A DNA stretch of 64,000 nucleotides from an uncultured Holophaga sp. (GCA_963664825.1 OY761614.1:2592001-2656000); one strand, 5' to 3'; counted from the first letter of the stretch, positions 1 through 12,545 are shown. Notes: a model not told the origin generated them from the sequence alone. Numbers and translations are program-made.

Positions 1-340
1 AACCCTGGATGGCCGATTCACGTTCCAGCCTGAAAATGTAGCGATAGACGGCCGTTGCCCGGCCTGCCTCGTCATAGCTGATAAAGTTGTCCTCTAAAAG
101 CTGTATCGCACTGTATCGTGCTCCAACAGGAATCGTGGCCGCGATCCTGATGAGTTCCGCCGCATCGACTGAGAAGGCTTCCGTTTCCAAGAGCCTGTGG
201 ATGCCTGGCGATGCTGCAGATGAAAGAGCCTGTCCGGGCCCGGAATGGGCGGATATCGCAGCGGTTGGCATGGCTCCAACCAGCACGAGACCCAGACAGA
301 GGGACGGCAGAGATTGGAATGGCGTACAGGAACGCGACAT
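1..340 (-). CDS. Secreted protein, N-terminal part only (possibly DUF3857/transglutaminase-associated); runs off the window
   Basis: ATG at 340 with GGAG RBS; my translation MSRSCTPFQSLPSLCLGLVLVGAMP...LLEDNFISYDEAGRATAVYRYIFRL is open to the window edge and starts like a signal peptide. Confidence 0.55.
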   Translation of the reverse strand, partial: MSRSCTPFQSLPSLCLGLVLVGAMPTAAISAHSGPGQALSSAASPGIHRLLETEAFSVDAAELIRIAATIPVGARYSAIQLLEDNFISYDEAGRATAVYRYIFRLERESAIQG

Positions 341-551
341 GAATACTCCGTTGGAGCCGTGATCGTAGATGATGTTTTAATTTTCCCTAATGGCGCAAGA
401 TGACGCAAGGCTAGTTTTTGCGGGGGTTGTGGTTTGATCCCTCATTGGGGAAGTTTGCCTCTGCTGCAGAATGTCTGGCCCTCGGACCTTTGGTCCACAG
501 CGCCGCATTGTGGAATCTGCCTAGCTCCTGGTTCGACAAAAATGGCTAGGC

Positions 552-1127
552 TTATTCCCTGCCCGCTCGTGCCAGCAGAGCCTCGAAGGCCTTCCACACC
601 CGGGCCCGCGCCGAAGGATCCCGCAGGACGCGAGAGGCATGGTGATAGGCCAGCGTGATGGCCCGGTATTCGAAGACGAGCTGTTCGAGATCGGCCCCCT
701 GGGGTGCGAGGGCGCGGAACTGGCCCACGGTCCAGGCCTGGGTGGCCACCTGGCGGGCCACCAGGGCCTCCCGGGGGGCGCCCTCCCGGTCATCGAGTTC
801 GAAGCAGGCGCCCATGATGGGGCAGCCACCGGGGAGGGCGGGATCGTCCACCCAGTCCAGGGTCACCTGAAGGAGGGCCCGCAGACTCTCGGCGCCCGTA
901 GTGGCAGCTTCCACGGGGCCCATGCGCTCCCGGAAACGCGCACCCGTGTGTTCCAGCACCGCCACCTGGAGGGCTTCCTTGGAACCGAAATGGGCGAAGA
1001 GCCCGCTCTTGGAAAGGGAGAGGGCCGTGGCCAGCCCGCCGATGCTGAGGCCCTCCAGCCCATCCCGGCTGGCGATGCGCATGGCCTCATCCAGGATGCG
1101 CTCCCGGGTCATGGCGCCCTTGCCCAT
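552..1127 (-). CDS. TetR/AcrR family transcriptional regulator
   Basis: TRERILDEA...LSIGGLATALSLSKSGLFAHFGSKEAL HTH; GGAGGAG RBS before ATG 1127. Confidence 0.92.
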   Translation of the reverse strand: MGKGAMTRERILDEAMRIASRDGLEGLSIGGLATALSLSKSGLFAHFGSKEALQVAVLEHTGARFRERMGPVEAATTGAESLRALLQVTLDWVDDPALPGGCPIMGACFELDDREGAPREALVARQVATQAWTVGQFRALAPQGADLEQLVFEYRAITLAYHHASRVLRDPSARARVWKAFEALLARAGRE

Positions 1128-1182
1128 GGAATCTCCTCCCAAAAAGAGTATTGCCGAAGGGCAGATGGGAGGGTAAAACAAA

Positions 1183-1197
1183 ACGAACGATCGTGCT
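1183..1197. promoter_or_regulatory. Putative TetR operator
   Basis: Imperfect palindrome ACGAACGATCGTGCT (perfect core ACGATCGT 1187-1194) between the divergent tetR and cupin genes. Confidence 0.5.
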
Positions 1198-1249
1198 AAA
1201 ATATAGCCGATCCCACCGCGGAACCCTCCGCCTTTTTCAAGGAGCCGCC

Positions 1250-1702
1250 ATGGCCCGCACACCTCAAGACATCCTGAGCCGCCCGCACGTCACCGGCGCT
1301 GAATTCGGCGCACCCAGTGAATGGCAGGAGTTCGGCTACACCCATCCTCGCCTGGGGGAGGTGAAGGGAAAGGCCTTCCTGAAAGAGACGCTCGGCCTCT
1401 CCTCGATGGAAGTCTCCCTCAATTCCCTGCCCGGGGGGGCTTCCGTGCCCTTCCTCCACGCCCATCATCAAAATGAGGAGCTGTATCTCTTCCTGAGCGG
1501 GGAGGGGGAGTTCCAGGTGGATGAGGACCGCTTTCCCGTCTCGGCCGGTTCCGCCCTGCGGGTCGCGCCGGAGGGGATGCGAGCTTGGCGCTCCACCGGC
1601 GCCGAACCCCTCACCTTCCTGGTGATCCAGGCCAAGGCCGGGAGCCTGGAACAGGCCACGGGCCAGGACGGCATCCTGGGCCCGGAGGCCCCTCGCTGGT
1701 GA
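1250..1702 (+). CDS. Cupin domain protein
   Basis: PFLHAHHQNEELYLFLSGEG cupin motif; AAGGAG RBS. Confidence 0.88.
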   Translation: MARTPQDILSRPHVTGAEFGAPSEWQEFGYTHPRLGEVKGKAFLKETLGLSSMEVSLNSLPGGASVPFLHAHHQNEELYLFLSGEGEFQVDEDRFPVSAGSALRVAPEGMRAWRSTGAEPLTFLVIQAKAGSLEQATGQDGILGPEAPRW

Positions 1703-1709
1703 GGGAAGC

Positions 1710-2447
1710 TCAGGCGAGCATCCTGTGGAGCACCTCGTAGCTGCCCACGCGCCCCCCTAGTTCCCGCAGCAGGCGCCCCCGCAGGAGCTCGGTGATGGCG
1801 CGGCTGGCCTCGCTGCTTCCGGGGTCCGGGGCCTCCTCGGCCCCGGTGGTGCGGAGCAGGCGCAGGTGTTCCCGTGTGCCCGGCGGAAGCGATTCCGAAG
1901 GGTCCACCGGTGTGCAGGCGGCGCAGCGCCATCCGTGTTCTTCGGTCAGCATCACCAGGGGGGCGGCGTCCCCGCCGCAGTAGCCGCAGGTGCGGGGATG
2001 GGGCAGCAGCCCCAGGCAGTGGAGGAGCCAGTGTTCTGCGTAGGCCAAGACGGCCATGGCGCGATCGGGATTGGCCTTGATGGCCCGGCCGCAGGCCGAG
2101 AGCAGGCGGAAGAGCCGGTCGTCCTCGACCCCCTCCTTGGCCACTCGGTCGAAGAGATCGGCTAGGCAGGCCACCACGAGATTGGATTCCAGATGTCCCA
2201 GGATCAGGGGCGTGTGCTGGAGTTCGCAGCGGGTGATGCGGCGGACCTCCACGTGTTCCTTCCCGAAGAAACTCACCCGCACCAGTCCCATGGGCTCAAA
2301 GGAGGAGACCCATTTGGCCGTGGGCTTCTTGGCGCCCCTGGCCAGCCCCACCAGACGTTCGCCGTGCTCGGTGAGGAACGATACGATCAGCCCGCCCTCC
2401 TGGAAGGGCGTGGGGCGGAGGACGATGGCATCGAGGGTGCGGATCAT
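1710..2447 (-). CDS. recO: DNA repair protein RecO
   Basis: N-terminal OB-fold pattern (AIVLR...SFLTEHG...ARGAKK) and CxxC...CxxC zinc finger. Confidence 0.88.
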   Translation of the reverse strand: MIRTLDAIVLRPTPFQEGGLIVSFLTEHGERLVGLARGAKKPTAKWVSSFEPMGLVRVSFFGKEHVEVRRITRCELQHTPLILGHLESNLVVACLADLFDRVAKEGVEDDRLFRLLSACGRAIKANPDRAMAVLAYAEHWLLHCLGLLPHPRTCGYCGGDAAPLVMLTEEHGWRCAACTPVDPSESLPPGTREHLRLLRTTGAEEAPDPGSSEASRAITELLRGRLLRELGGRVGSYEVLHRMLA

Positions 2448-2498
2448 GGCCCCCTCAGTGTGACGGCTTCCCCGCTACCCTGGAGCCCGGAGCTTTGC

Positions 2499-4244
2499 AT
2501 GGTCTTCGTCCCCCGGGTGCTGGTGTGTCTATTCCTCCTTGTCTCCTGGGCCTTCGCCCAGGAAACGGTGCGTTTTCGCATCTGGATGGGGGGCCAGGAG
2601 GTGGGCTCGCGGGAGCTGATCCGCGGGAAATCCGGGGCGGGGGAGAGCCTCCAGACCCGGGAGTGGATCCGCCTGGAGCGCCAGGGCATGGCCGTGGAAC
2701 AGAGGGTGGAGGAGACCGCTTCCAAGGCCACGGACGGGGGCTTGGAATTCACCTGGTCCATCCGGCTCTCCCAGGAGCCCATGGAGGGGCGCGCCCTCTG
2801 GAGCCCGGCCGATCCCAAGCGGATCCATATCCTTTCCAGGAATCTGCCCGAACGTGTGCTCGATCTCCAGGAGGGATGGCTGCTCTGGCCCGGCGACCAG
2901 GAGGCGCGGATGCGCCAGGCCGCAGGGGCCCGGCGCGCCCTTTCCCTCAAGGGCTTTCTCCCCTCCATGCAGCAGGCGACCGAACTGGAACTCCAGGTGA
3001 TCGGAGCCGATGCCCTGCCGGGATTCCCCGACGCCGTGCGCTTCAAGGGTTGCAGCCGCGAAGGGGCCAGTCAGTCCGAGATGGAGATGTGGATCTCCCC
3101 GACCCAAGGCGAAGTGAAGGAAATCAGCAATCTCGGGGGCATTCCCCTCCTGGTGCAGCGGGCCGAAATGCCGGGTCCCGGGGGGCCGAGGCCGGGCGTG
3201 GGCTTTTTCGAACAGACCCTGAAGACCCTGCCTCCCCATCCCTTCCTGCCCTGGATCTCTCGGGCCACCCTGCGCTGGGAGGGCAGGGGCGAACAGAAGC
3301 TCCCCGAGGACCCTCAGCAGAAAAACGTGGGACCTGGGCGGATGGAGCTGGTCCGCGCCGCACTGCCGAATCCTCTGGAGGCCCTGGAACCTCCGGTGAA
3401 GGGGCTTCCAAAGGCTTCAGAGGCGCCCTTCCTCGCGCCCTCGCCGTTGCTCCAGTTCCAGGATCCCGCCTTCGAGGGCCTGCTGGCGCGGCTGCGGGCG
3501 CCGGAAGGGGCCTCCCGCTGGGAACTGGCCCGCAGGGTGAACCGCTTCGTCTTCGACTGGATCACCGAGAAGAACTACACCGTGGGTTTCGCCTCGGCTC
3601 TGGAAGTGGCCCACACGCCCAAGGGCGATTGCACGGAGCACGGCGTGCTCGCCGTGGCTCTGCTCCGCAGGCTGGGCGTTCCCTCCCGGGGTGTGGTGGG
3701 CTGGATCGGCGCGGGGGGCGTCATGGGGCTGCACTTCTGGGTGGAGGTGGAGCTGGCGGGCCGCTGGGTGCCCATCGATCCCACCTTCGACGAGGCCCCG
3801 GCCTCGACCCTTCACCTCAAGCTGGGGACCACCGATCTGGCCGATCTGGGCAGCGTGGGCTGGGATACGGCGGCCACGCGCCTCGCCGACGGGAGCTGGG
3901 TGCCAGAGGGGGAATGGCCGCGGGGCATCCAGATCGCGGGAGACCGGGTGTATGGGCCGGAGGGTCTGGGGCTGGCCCTTCCGGGCGCCGCTTGGAAGTT
4001 GCACAAGGGCGCGCTTTCCCTGATCTGGCGGGGCACGCATGAGATGGAGGCCGTGCCCCATCCTTCGGCGGCTTCCTTGAGGGGGGCCAAGGCCTTCCTG
4101 AGTGCGCATCGCGGATGGTGGCTGGGGGCTGCGCGGATGTTCTGGATCCAGTTGGACGAGGCCAGGTGGCTCCGCGTTTCGGATATCGAGGAACGGGATG
4201 CCTTGGCCCTGTTGGATCAGCTGGAAACTCTGCCGCCGCTGTGA
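2499..4244 (+). CDS. Secreted transglutaminase-like protein
   Basis: Signal peptide; GDCTEHG...LHFWVEV...WVPIDPT Cys-His-Asp triad. Confidence 0.85.
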   Translation: MVFVPRVLVCLFLLVSWAFAQETVRFRIWMGGQEVGSRELIRGKSGAGESLQTREWIRLERQGMAVEQRVEETASKATDGGLEFTWSIRLSQEPMEGRALWSPADPKRIHILSRNLPERVLDLQEGWLLWPGDQEARMRQAAGARRALSLKGFLPSMQQATELELQVIGADALPGFPDAVRFKGCSREGASQSEMEMWISPTQGEVKEISNLGGIPLLVQRAEMPGPGGPRPGVGFFEQTLKTLPPHPFLPWISRATLRWEGRGEQKLPEDPQQKNVGPGRMELVRAALPNPLEALEPPVKGLPKASEAPFLAPSPLLQFQDPAFEGLLARLRAPEGASRWELARRVNRFVFDWITEKNYTVGFASALEVAHTPKGDCTEHGVLAVALLRRLGVPSRGVVGWIGAGGVMGLHFWVEVELAGRWVPIDPTFDEAPASTLHLKLGTTDLADLGSVGWDTAATRLADGSWVPEGEWPRGIQIAGDRVYGPEGLGLALPGAAWKLHKGALSLIWRGTHEMEAVPHPSAASLRGAKAFLSAHRGWWLGAARMFWIQLDEARWLRVSDIEERDALALLDQLETLPPL

Positions 4245-4269
4245 TTCGGCAGTTTCTTTTCCCGAAGGC

Positions 4270-4437
4270 CTATTCCAGGTATTCCCGCCCCACCCACCGG
4301 GCCGCCCAGAGGCCCACGCCGCTGAGGATGCCGCTCAGCACCACGGCGGTGGTGATGCCCACGAAGGCGCCGAGCCACCATCCGACCCAGCCGCCGATGG
4401 TGAGGCCGATGAAGCCGAAGATGCCGCGCAGGTTCAT
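4270..4437 (-). CDS. Small membrane protein (55 aa)
   Basis: MNLRGIFGFIGLTIGGWVGWWLG..., two hydrophobic helices, coupled to the upstream gene. Confidence 0.7.
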   Translation of the reverse strand: MNLRGIFGFIGLTIGGWVGWWLGAFVGITTAVVLSGILSGVGLWAARWVGREYLE

Positions 4438-4438
4438 C

Positions 4439-4636
4439 TCAGGGCTTCCCTTGATCCCGGCAGAAGGCCCCATAGCTGCGATCCCAGAGGGCCTCGCCTT
4501 CCTTGGTGAAGAGGCATCCGGGCACCTCCCGTTTGCGGCGATGCCTGGCGATGCAGGCGCAGCAGTGGCCGTGATGGGGGCAATCCCCATAGGTGCAGGT
4601 GCAGTCCTTCGTGTTGGCTTCCAGGGTGCATTCCAT
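4439..4636 (-). CDS. Small Cys-rich protein (DUF6485-like)
   Basis: MECTLEANTKDCTCTYGDCPHHGHCCACIARH...PGCLF; starts 8 nt after the pyk stop. Confidence 0.75.
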   Translation of the reverse strand: MECTLEANTKDCTCTYGDCPHHGHCCACIARHRRKREVPGCLFTKEGEALWDRSYGAFCRDQGKP

Positions 4637-4644
4637 GGCGATCC

Positions 4645-6063
4645 CTAATAGGTGAGGACCCGCATCGTATTGGTGCCCCCGGCGGTCCAGAGGGGATGGC
4701 CCAGGGTCATCACCACCCGGTCCCCGGGCTGGAGATCGTGTTCGGCCTTCAGGGTCGGTTCGATGGAGGCGATCATTTCCGAGAGGTGCTCGGCCCTGGG
4801 GATGAGCAGGCTGGTGACGCCGCGCAATAGGCCGATGCGCCGGGCATTCCCGAGATCGGTGGTGGCGCCCACCACCGGCACGCTGCCCGCCAGGCGGCTC
4901 ACCATGCGGGCGCTGCCGCCGCCTTCGGTGAAGACGAGCAGGAGTTTGGCCTTGAGCTCTTCGGCCGCCCGGCAGGCCGCGAAGGTCACCGAGACATCCA
5001 TGCGCGCCGCCAGCGGATCCGGAAGGGTGGTGATCCGGCGCTCGGAAGGGGCCGGGGCATGCTCGTCGGCGTCCTCTGCGATGCGCGCCAGCCACTGTAC
5101 GGCCTCCAGGGGATACTTGCCGGCGGCGCTCTCGGCGCTGAGCATCACGGCGTCCGTGCCATCCCAGATGGCGTTGGCGATATCGCTGGCTTCGGCCCGG
5201 GTGGGCTGGGGGCTCTCGATCATGCTCTCCAGCATCTGGGTGGCCGTGATGACGGGCTTGAGGGCCTGGCGGGCCATGCGGATGATCCGCTTCTGCAGGC
5301 TGGGCACCTTCTCCACCCCCAGTTCCACCCCCAGATCTCCCCGGGCCACCATCACGCCCCAGGACACATCTAGGATCTCCTCCAGGTGGTCCAGGGCCTG
5401 GGGGTGTTCGATCTTGGCGATGATGGGCTGGGACCCGCCAAAGGCGCGGATGGTGGCCTGGAGGGCCTGGACGTCGGCGGCGCGGCGGACGAAGCTCTGG
5501 GCGAAGAGGTCCACCCCCTGTTCGATGCCCCACTTGATGTCCTCGAGATCCTTGGGTGTGAGCGGATCGAAGGCCACATCCAGGCCGATGGGGTGGACGC
5601 CCTTCCGGGGCTTAAGCTGGCCGCCCACCTTCACCCGGGCCAGGAGAAGTCCCAATTTCACATCCGTGATCTCCAGGACGATATTGCCATCGTCCAGCAG
5701 CCAGATTTGACCCACGCGCGCGCCCCGGAAGAGCTCGGGGTGGGGCAGGGGCGCGGCCCAGGGTAATCCTTCGGGGGCTGCCCCTTCGGCGGGGTAGAGG
5801 GCGCCGATGCTGCCCTCGACCAGCTCCACCGGGTCCATCTTCCCCACGCGCCACTTGGGCCCCTGGAGATCGAGGAAGATGGGAATGCGCCGTCCCAGGC
5901 CGTCGGCCGTGTCGCGCAGGAGCTTCATACAAGGCGTGCGCTCGGCGGGCGTGCTGTGGCTCGCATTGATGCGGACGGCATCGGCGAGTTCCAAAACTTT
6001 CGCGAGGGGACCGCCATCCAAGAGGGCTGGACCTACCGTGATTACCAGCTTGGTCTTGCGCAT
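4645..6063 (-). CDS. pyk: Pyruvate kinase
   Basis: RKTKLVITVGP, DLQGPK, IIAKIE, MVARGDLGVE, ATQMLESM, DAVMLSAESA. Confidence 0.97.
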   Translation of the reverse strand: MRKTKLVITVGPALLDGGPLAKVLELADAVRINASHSTPAERTPCMKLLRDTADGLGRRIPIFLDLQGPKWRVGKMDPVELVEGSIGALYPAEGAAPEGLPWAAPLPHPELFRGARVGQIWLLDDGNIVLEITDVKLGLLLARVKVGGQLKPRKGVHPIGLDVAFDPLTPKDLEDIKWGIEQGVDLFAQSFVRRAADVQALQATIRAFGGSQPIIAKIEHPQALDHLEEILDVSWGVMVARGDLGVELGVEKVPSLQKRIIRMARQALKPVITATQMLESMIESPQPTRAEASDIANAIWDGTDAVMLSAESAAGKYPLEAVQWLARIAEDADEHAPAPSERRITTLPDPLAARMDVSVTFAACRAAEELKAKLLLVFTEGGGSARMVSRLAGSVPVVGATTDLGNARRIGLLRGVTSLLIPRAEHLSEMIASIEPTLKAEHDLQPGDRVVMTLGHPLWTAGGTNTMRVLTY

Positions 6064-6199
6064 CTTTTGCTCCGATCTCTCCACAAGTATTCCACAGGGT
6101 TTTCCACAGGATGGTGGGGATCTGGAAACGAAATGAGGCTTCGCCTCCGATTCTATCGGTGATACCTTCGACCCTCACCTTTATTGGAGTGGATTCGTG

Positions 6200-7488
<1,289 letters not shown>

Positions 7489-7503
7489 GCCCTTCCCTCC
7501 GCC

Positions 7504-7534
7504 CGCAAAACCGGCCTTCGGGCCGGTTTTTGCG
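7504..7534 (+). terminator. Intrinsic terminator after gap
   Basis: AAAACCGGCC-TTCG-GGCCGGTTTTT hairpin. Confidence 0.85.
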
Positions 7535-7643
7535 TACATGGTCCAGGATGGGCCTGGCGTTTTGCCTTGCACGGCCTGGGGAGGTGAATATCCTTGGGCT
7601 CGTTGCCCGCTTCAGACGCCATGCCCTTGGACCGGAGGCCGAT

Positions 7644-9766
7644 ATGCCGGATCATAAAATTCACCTGGGCCGCCACCACGTGCTCCTGGACGCACGTCCG
7701 GATCGCCTGGATCTGAGGGACTTTCCCTACCGTCCCCCGGTGGAGAACCTGCCGCCCGTCTTTCCCAGCGAGGGGCAGATTCGTACGCTCCTGCCGGGAT
7801 ACGCGAAGGCCGGGATGGTCTTGGACCAGGGCTCCGAGGGCGCCTGCACGGGTTTCGGCCTGGCGGCGGTGATCAACTACCTGCAATGGCTCCGCGCCAG
7901 AGATTCCGTGCAGGAGGCCTCCGAGCTCGTGAGCCCCCGCATGCTCTACCATCTGGCCAAGCTCTATGACGAATGGCCCGGCGAGGATTACGAGGGGAGC
8001 AGTTGCCGGGGCGCGCTGCGGGGCTGGCAGCGCCATGGCGTCTGTCTGGAGAAGCTGTGGCCCTATGGGGACGGGACCTTCCAGCGGCCCAAGGCCGGTT
8101 GGGAGATCGATGCCGCCCGTCGCCCCCTGGGGATCTACTACCGGGTCCAGCCCGATTCCGTGGTGGATATGCAAGCGGCCATCCATCAGGCCGGCGCCAT
8201 CTATGTATCTGCCCGTGTCCATGAGGGCTGGGCCAAGCTGGCCAAGGCGAAGCGCAAGGCGGGCCTCCTGCCTTCCCATGACACCCTTCCGGTGATCCAG
8301 GCCTCCTCCCAGGAGCTGGGCGGCCACGCCTTCGCCCTTGTGGGCTACAACGGCCTGGGTTTTGTGGTGCAGAATTCCTGGGGCGAGACCTGGGGTTGGG
8401 GCGGCTTCGGGATCCTGCCCTACGAAGATTGGACAGCCCATGGCCAGGACGCCTGGGTGATGGGCCTCGGCGTCCCCGTTCAACAAGCCTCTTCCCTGGC
8501 GGCCCCGCGCCACTTCGTCTCTCGGGGCTGCCGCACCCCTCGCACAGCGGGCTGGTTTGCCGACAAGCAGGATCCCTTCGCCGGGCAGGGCCGGACCTGG
8601 TCCGAGACCCACGCCTACGGGCATACGCTCGTTACCGGCAACGATGGCGTGATCCTGAACCGGCTGCCCCAGGTGGAAAACGCCCTGGACAACGTGAGGT
8701 TCGTGGCCCTGGAGGAACCCATGGACGCCTGGAAGGGTCTGGCCCCGGGCCCCCGGAAGCTCGTCATCTACGCTCATGGTGGGCTCAACGCCGAGGCCGA
8801 ATCCATTGGGAAGATCCGTGTCCTGGGTCCGGCCTTCGAGGCCAATGGCATCTATCCGCTCTTCGTGACCTGGAAGAGCGGTCCCGGGGAAACCATCCAG
8901 GACATGCTCCAGGACAGCGCCCGGGGCCTCTTCGGCGAGAAGGGGATGCCCACCAAGGGCTTTACGGAATTCCTGAGCGAGGCTTCCGACCGCACTCTTG
9001 AAGTCGCCGCCAGGGGGCTGCTGGTACGCGCGGCCTGGTCGGAGATGAAGGAGAACGTGGCCCGTTCCTCCGAAGAGAGGCACGGGCTCGATGTGCTGGC
9101 CGAGAGGCTTCGGGAGTTGCATGAGGCCACAAAGGGGACCCTGGAGATCCATCTGATGGGGCACTCCGCCGGGTCCTTCGTCTGTGGACGCCTGCTGACC
9201 GAATTCGGGGCCCGGGGCCTCTCGGCCTCCAGCTGCACCCTTTTCGCTCCGGCCTGTGATCTGGGCTTCGCGTTGGAACACTTCCGGGCCGCCGTTTTGG
9301 ACAAGCGGCTCCCCAGGGAGCGCCTGCGGATCCACAATCTCTCCGATGGCCTGGAACGGGCCGACAACGTGGGGAAGGTCTACCGGAAGTCCTTGCTTTA
9401 CCTCGTCAGCCGGCCCTCGAACGCTGGCACAAGACGCCCCTCCTGGGGCTCTCTGCGGCCTTCGATCCCGTTACGGCCGGCGACGGTTTCTGGTCCGACA
9501 AGGCGCTGGGGGACCTGGCGGATTGGCAGGCCTTCTTCTGGGGGAAGGACATTCCCGGGCCTGGCTTCTCCCTTGATGGAGGGACGGGCGTCTTCCAGGG
9601 GCTCCAGATTCTCCGGGAGGCTCAGGTGGATACCGGCGCCGGGCTGATCGCCAGCTCCCACGGGTGTTTCGATAATAGTCTGGCCCACATCGGGCAGAGC
9701 ATCCGGGAAATCCGGGGGGATGGTCGCCTGGAACCCATCGGGCCCCTGGCATTTTTGGGGCGTTAG
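7644..9766 (+). pseudogene. C1 (papain-like) peptidase fused to an alpha/beta-hydrolase domain, with a 1-nt frameshift at ~9413
   Basis: DQGSEGACTGF, GGHAF, QNSWG catalytic motifs; YAHGG and GHSAG; C-terminus continues in the -1 frame (ALERWHKTPLLG...SSHGCFDN...) to TAG 9764-9766. Confidence 0.8.
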
Positions 9767-9874
9767 GAAGCCCCTCTTCCCCCGGCCAGATGTGGATAGG
9801 CGGGAAGGGGATGGCCAAAGGTGTCTTGCCCCCCTATCATCCAAGCACATCGAAATGGATCAGGGGGGAAGGCC

Positions 9875-12505
9875 TTGAAGCGTGGGAAAAATGGGATGTG
9901 CCTGGTCATCGGGTTCCTTCTGGTGCTCGGCCTGGGCGGCTTCCCCTGCAGGGCCTCATTACCCCGCCACGTGCTTCTCCTGAATTCCTACGATCAGCGC
10001 ATGAGCTGGGTCCAGGACATCACCCGCGCCGTGGAGGATGTCCTGCAGCCGGAGGCGGCCAACACTGTCCTCCATGTCTTCAATATGGATTCCAAGCAGT
10101 ATTATTCGCGCGCCTACTTCGAGAGCCTCTGCCCCCTCTTCCGCGCCAAGTACGGCGGCACGCGCTTCTCCCTGATACTGGCCTCCGATAACAACGCCTT
10201 CGATTTCCTGCGCGCCCATCGGGACGAGCTCTTCCCCGGCGTGCCGGTGGCCTTCTGTGGCCTCAATAATTTTCGGGACGAGGACCTGAAGGGCCTGCAT
10301 GGCTATACGGGCGTGGCGGAGGTCTTCTCCGCTCGGGAGACCGTGGAACTGATCCTGAAGCAGCACCCGGGCACTCGGGAGATCTTCAGCATCAACGACT
10401 ACCTGGAGAGCGGCCGGAAGAGCGCTCGCGAGATCGAAAGCGAACTGGAGCCCCTTCGGGGCAGACTTGGCCTCACTCAAAACGAGGACTCGTCCATGGA
10501 CGGGCTGAAGGCGCGCATCGCGGGTCTTCAGGAGGGCACAGTGGTGCTCCTGGGCGTCTACTATGCCGATCGCGATGGGCGCTCCTTCACCTTCGAGCGG
10601 ATCGGCGCCCTGCTTGCCGAAGCCAGTCGCGTGCCTGTCTACTGTCTAGTGCAGTTCAATATCGGTCAAGGGGTGATCGGCGGGAAGGTGATCAGCGGCT
10701 ACTACCAGGGTCACACCATGGCCCTCCTCGGCCAGCGGATCCTTGCGGGGGAGGACCCTTCCTCCCTTCCCGTGGTCAAGCGGGAAGCCAACCGCTTCAT
10801 CTTCGATTACGCGCAACTCCAGCGCTTCCAGGTGGGGGAGGCGGGTCTGCCGAAGGGCAGCCTCGTCCTCCACCGGCCCGTCTCCCTCTACCAGACGCAC
10901 AAGAAGGAAATCTGGGCCCTGGCTGGCTTCATCTGTGCCCTGCTGGCCATCGTCCTGGGACTGGCCTCCAACCTCGCTCTCCGCAGGCGGACCGAGCGGG
11001 AACTCCGCCGCAGCGAGGCGCGCTTCCGCCAGATGGCGGAGGCCACCTGGGAAGGGATCCTGGTCCATGACCGGGGCATTGCCTTGAGAACGAACGGGGT
11101 TTTCCGGGAGATGTTCGGCTTCAAGACCGAAGGGGAACTGGAGGGGCGGGACCTGGTCCCCCTCATCACAGCCCCCCAGTCCAGTGAACGTGCGCGGCAG
11201 AGGATCACCGATGCGATTCGGGATCCCTACGAACTCATGGGCCGAAGGCAGGATGGGACGGAGTTCCCCCTGGAGGTCCGGGTCCGCAGCATCGATTTTG
11301 CCGGCCGCGAGGTGCGGGTGGTGGCCTTCCGGGATCTCACAGAGCAGAAGCAGCTTGAGGAACAGCTGGCCCAGTCCCAGAAGATGGAGGCCATCGGGAC
11401 GCTCTCTGGAGGCATCGCCCACGATTTCAACAACATCCTATCGGCCATCTTCGGCTATACGGATCTGCTGCTCCTGGACGCGCCCAAGGATTCGGAGCTG
11501 CGCGCCGATCTCGAGCAGATCCTCAAGGCCGCCAACCGGGCCAAGGATCTCGTCCAGCAGATCCTCACCTTCAGCCGCCATGCCAAGCGGGCCGAACAGC
11601 CGCTTCTGGTTTCCAGCATGGTGAAGGAGACGATGAAGATGCTTCGAGCCTCCCTGCCGGCCACCATCGAGATCCAGTGCCATGTCGCCACCGAGGCCCT
11701 GGTGTTGGCTGATCCCACCCAGATCCATCAGGTGGTGATGAATCTCTGCACCAATGCGGCGCTGGCCATGCGTGCCGACGGTGGGCGCCTGGAGATCGCC
11801 CTGGACGAATTGTGCCTGGACGAGGAGGCTCCGGACCTACCTAAGGGCTTGGCTCCGGGCTCGTACCTGCGCTTGACGGTGGCCGACACCGGATGCGGCA
11901 TGAGTCCTGAGCTCCAGCGGCGGATCTTTGAACCCTTCTTCACTACGCGGCCCCAGGGGGAGGGCACGGGGCTGGGGCTCTCCGTGGTGCATGGCATCGT
12001 CAAGGGCCTGGGAGGCGCCATCTCCGTCGAAAGCGAAGCTGGCCATGGCAGCACCTTCCGGGTATTCCTGCCTGCACTACCATCGGATGCGCTGGTCGAA
12101 CAGGCAGAGCAGGCGCCCCTGCCCATGGGCAGAGAGCGCATCCTGTTCGTGGATGACGAAGCCTTCCAGGTGGCTCTGGCCACTCGGATGCTCGGACGGC
12201 TCGGATATCGCGTGACTGCCGAGACGCGCAGCGAGGAAGCGCTGGCAATCTTCCGGAAGGACCCCCTTGCCTTCGACTTGGTGATCACCGATATGACCAT
12301 GCCAAAGATGACAGGAGATGTTCTGGTGGAGTGCTTCCGTGCCATTCGTGCCGAGATTCCCGTGATCATCTGCACGGGTTTCAGCGAGCGCCTCACCCAG
12401 GAGAGGCTCCAGAGCCTCGGCCCGGTGGGCTTTGCGATGAAGCCCCTGAACCTGGAGGAGATCGCCCGGAAGATCCGTTTGGCCCTGGGCAAGGGGACCT
12501 GCTGA
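9875..12505 (+). CDS. Hybrid sensor histidine kinase (extracytoplasmic ABC-binding-like sensor, PAS, HisKA, HATPase, REC)
   Basis: [19 protein letters not shown]...GTGLGL, FVDDE receiver; start uncertain (9875 TTG or 9896 ATG). Confidence 0.93.
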   Translation: MKRGKNGMCLVIGFLLVLGLGGFPCRASLPRHVLLLNSYDQRMSWVQDITRAVEDVLQPEAANTVLHVFNMDSKQYYSRAYFESLCPLFRAKYGGTRFSLILASDNNAFDFLRAHRDELFPGVPVAFCGLNNFRDEDLKGLHGYTGVAEVFSARETVELILKQHPGTREIFSINDYLESGRKSAREIESELEPLRGRLGLTQNEDSSMDGLKARIAGLQEGTVVLLGVYYADRDGRSFTFERIGALLAEASRVPVYCLVQFNIGQGVIGGKVISGYYQGHTMALLGQRILAGEDPSSLPVVKREANRFIFDYAQLQRFQVGEAGLPKGSLVLHRPVSLYQTHKKEIWALAGFICALLAIVLGLASNLALRRRTERELRRSEARFRQMAEATWEGILVHDRGIALRTNGVFREMFGFKTEGELEGRDLVPLITAPQSSERARQRITDAIRDPYELMGRRQDGTEFPLEVRVRSIDFAGREVRVVAFRDLTEQKQLEEQLAQSQKMEAIGTLSGGIAHDFNNILSAIFGYTDLLLLDAPKDSELRADLEQILKAANRAKDLVQQILTFSRHAKRAEQPLLVSSMVKETMKMLRASLPATIEIQCHVATEALVLADPTQIHQVVMNLCTNAALAMRADGGRLEIALDELCLDEEAPDLPKGLAPGSYLRLTVADTGCGMSPELQRRIFEPFFTTRPQGEGTGLGLSVVHGIVKGLGGAISVESEAGHGSTFRVFLPALPSDALVEQAEQAPLPMGRERILFVDDEAFQVALATRMLGRLGYRVTAETRSEEALAIFRKDPLAFDLVITDMTMPKMTGDVLVECFRAIRAEIPVIICTGFSERLTQERLQSLGPVGFAMKPLNLEEIARKIRLALGKGTC

Positions 12506-12545
12506 AACACGGTAGGGGAACCGCGGAACCGGGTGTGCCCCGGGT

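Noticed and set aside
6064..6199. Replication origin
   Set aside because: Only three box-like motifs, no clear AT-rich unwinding element and no dnaA/dnaN context
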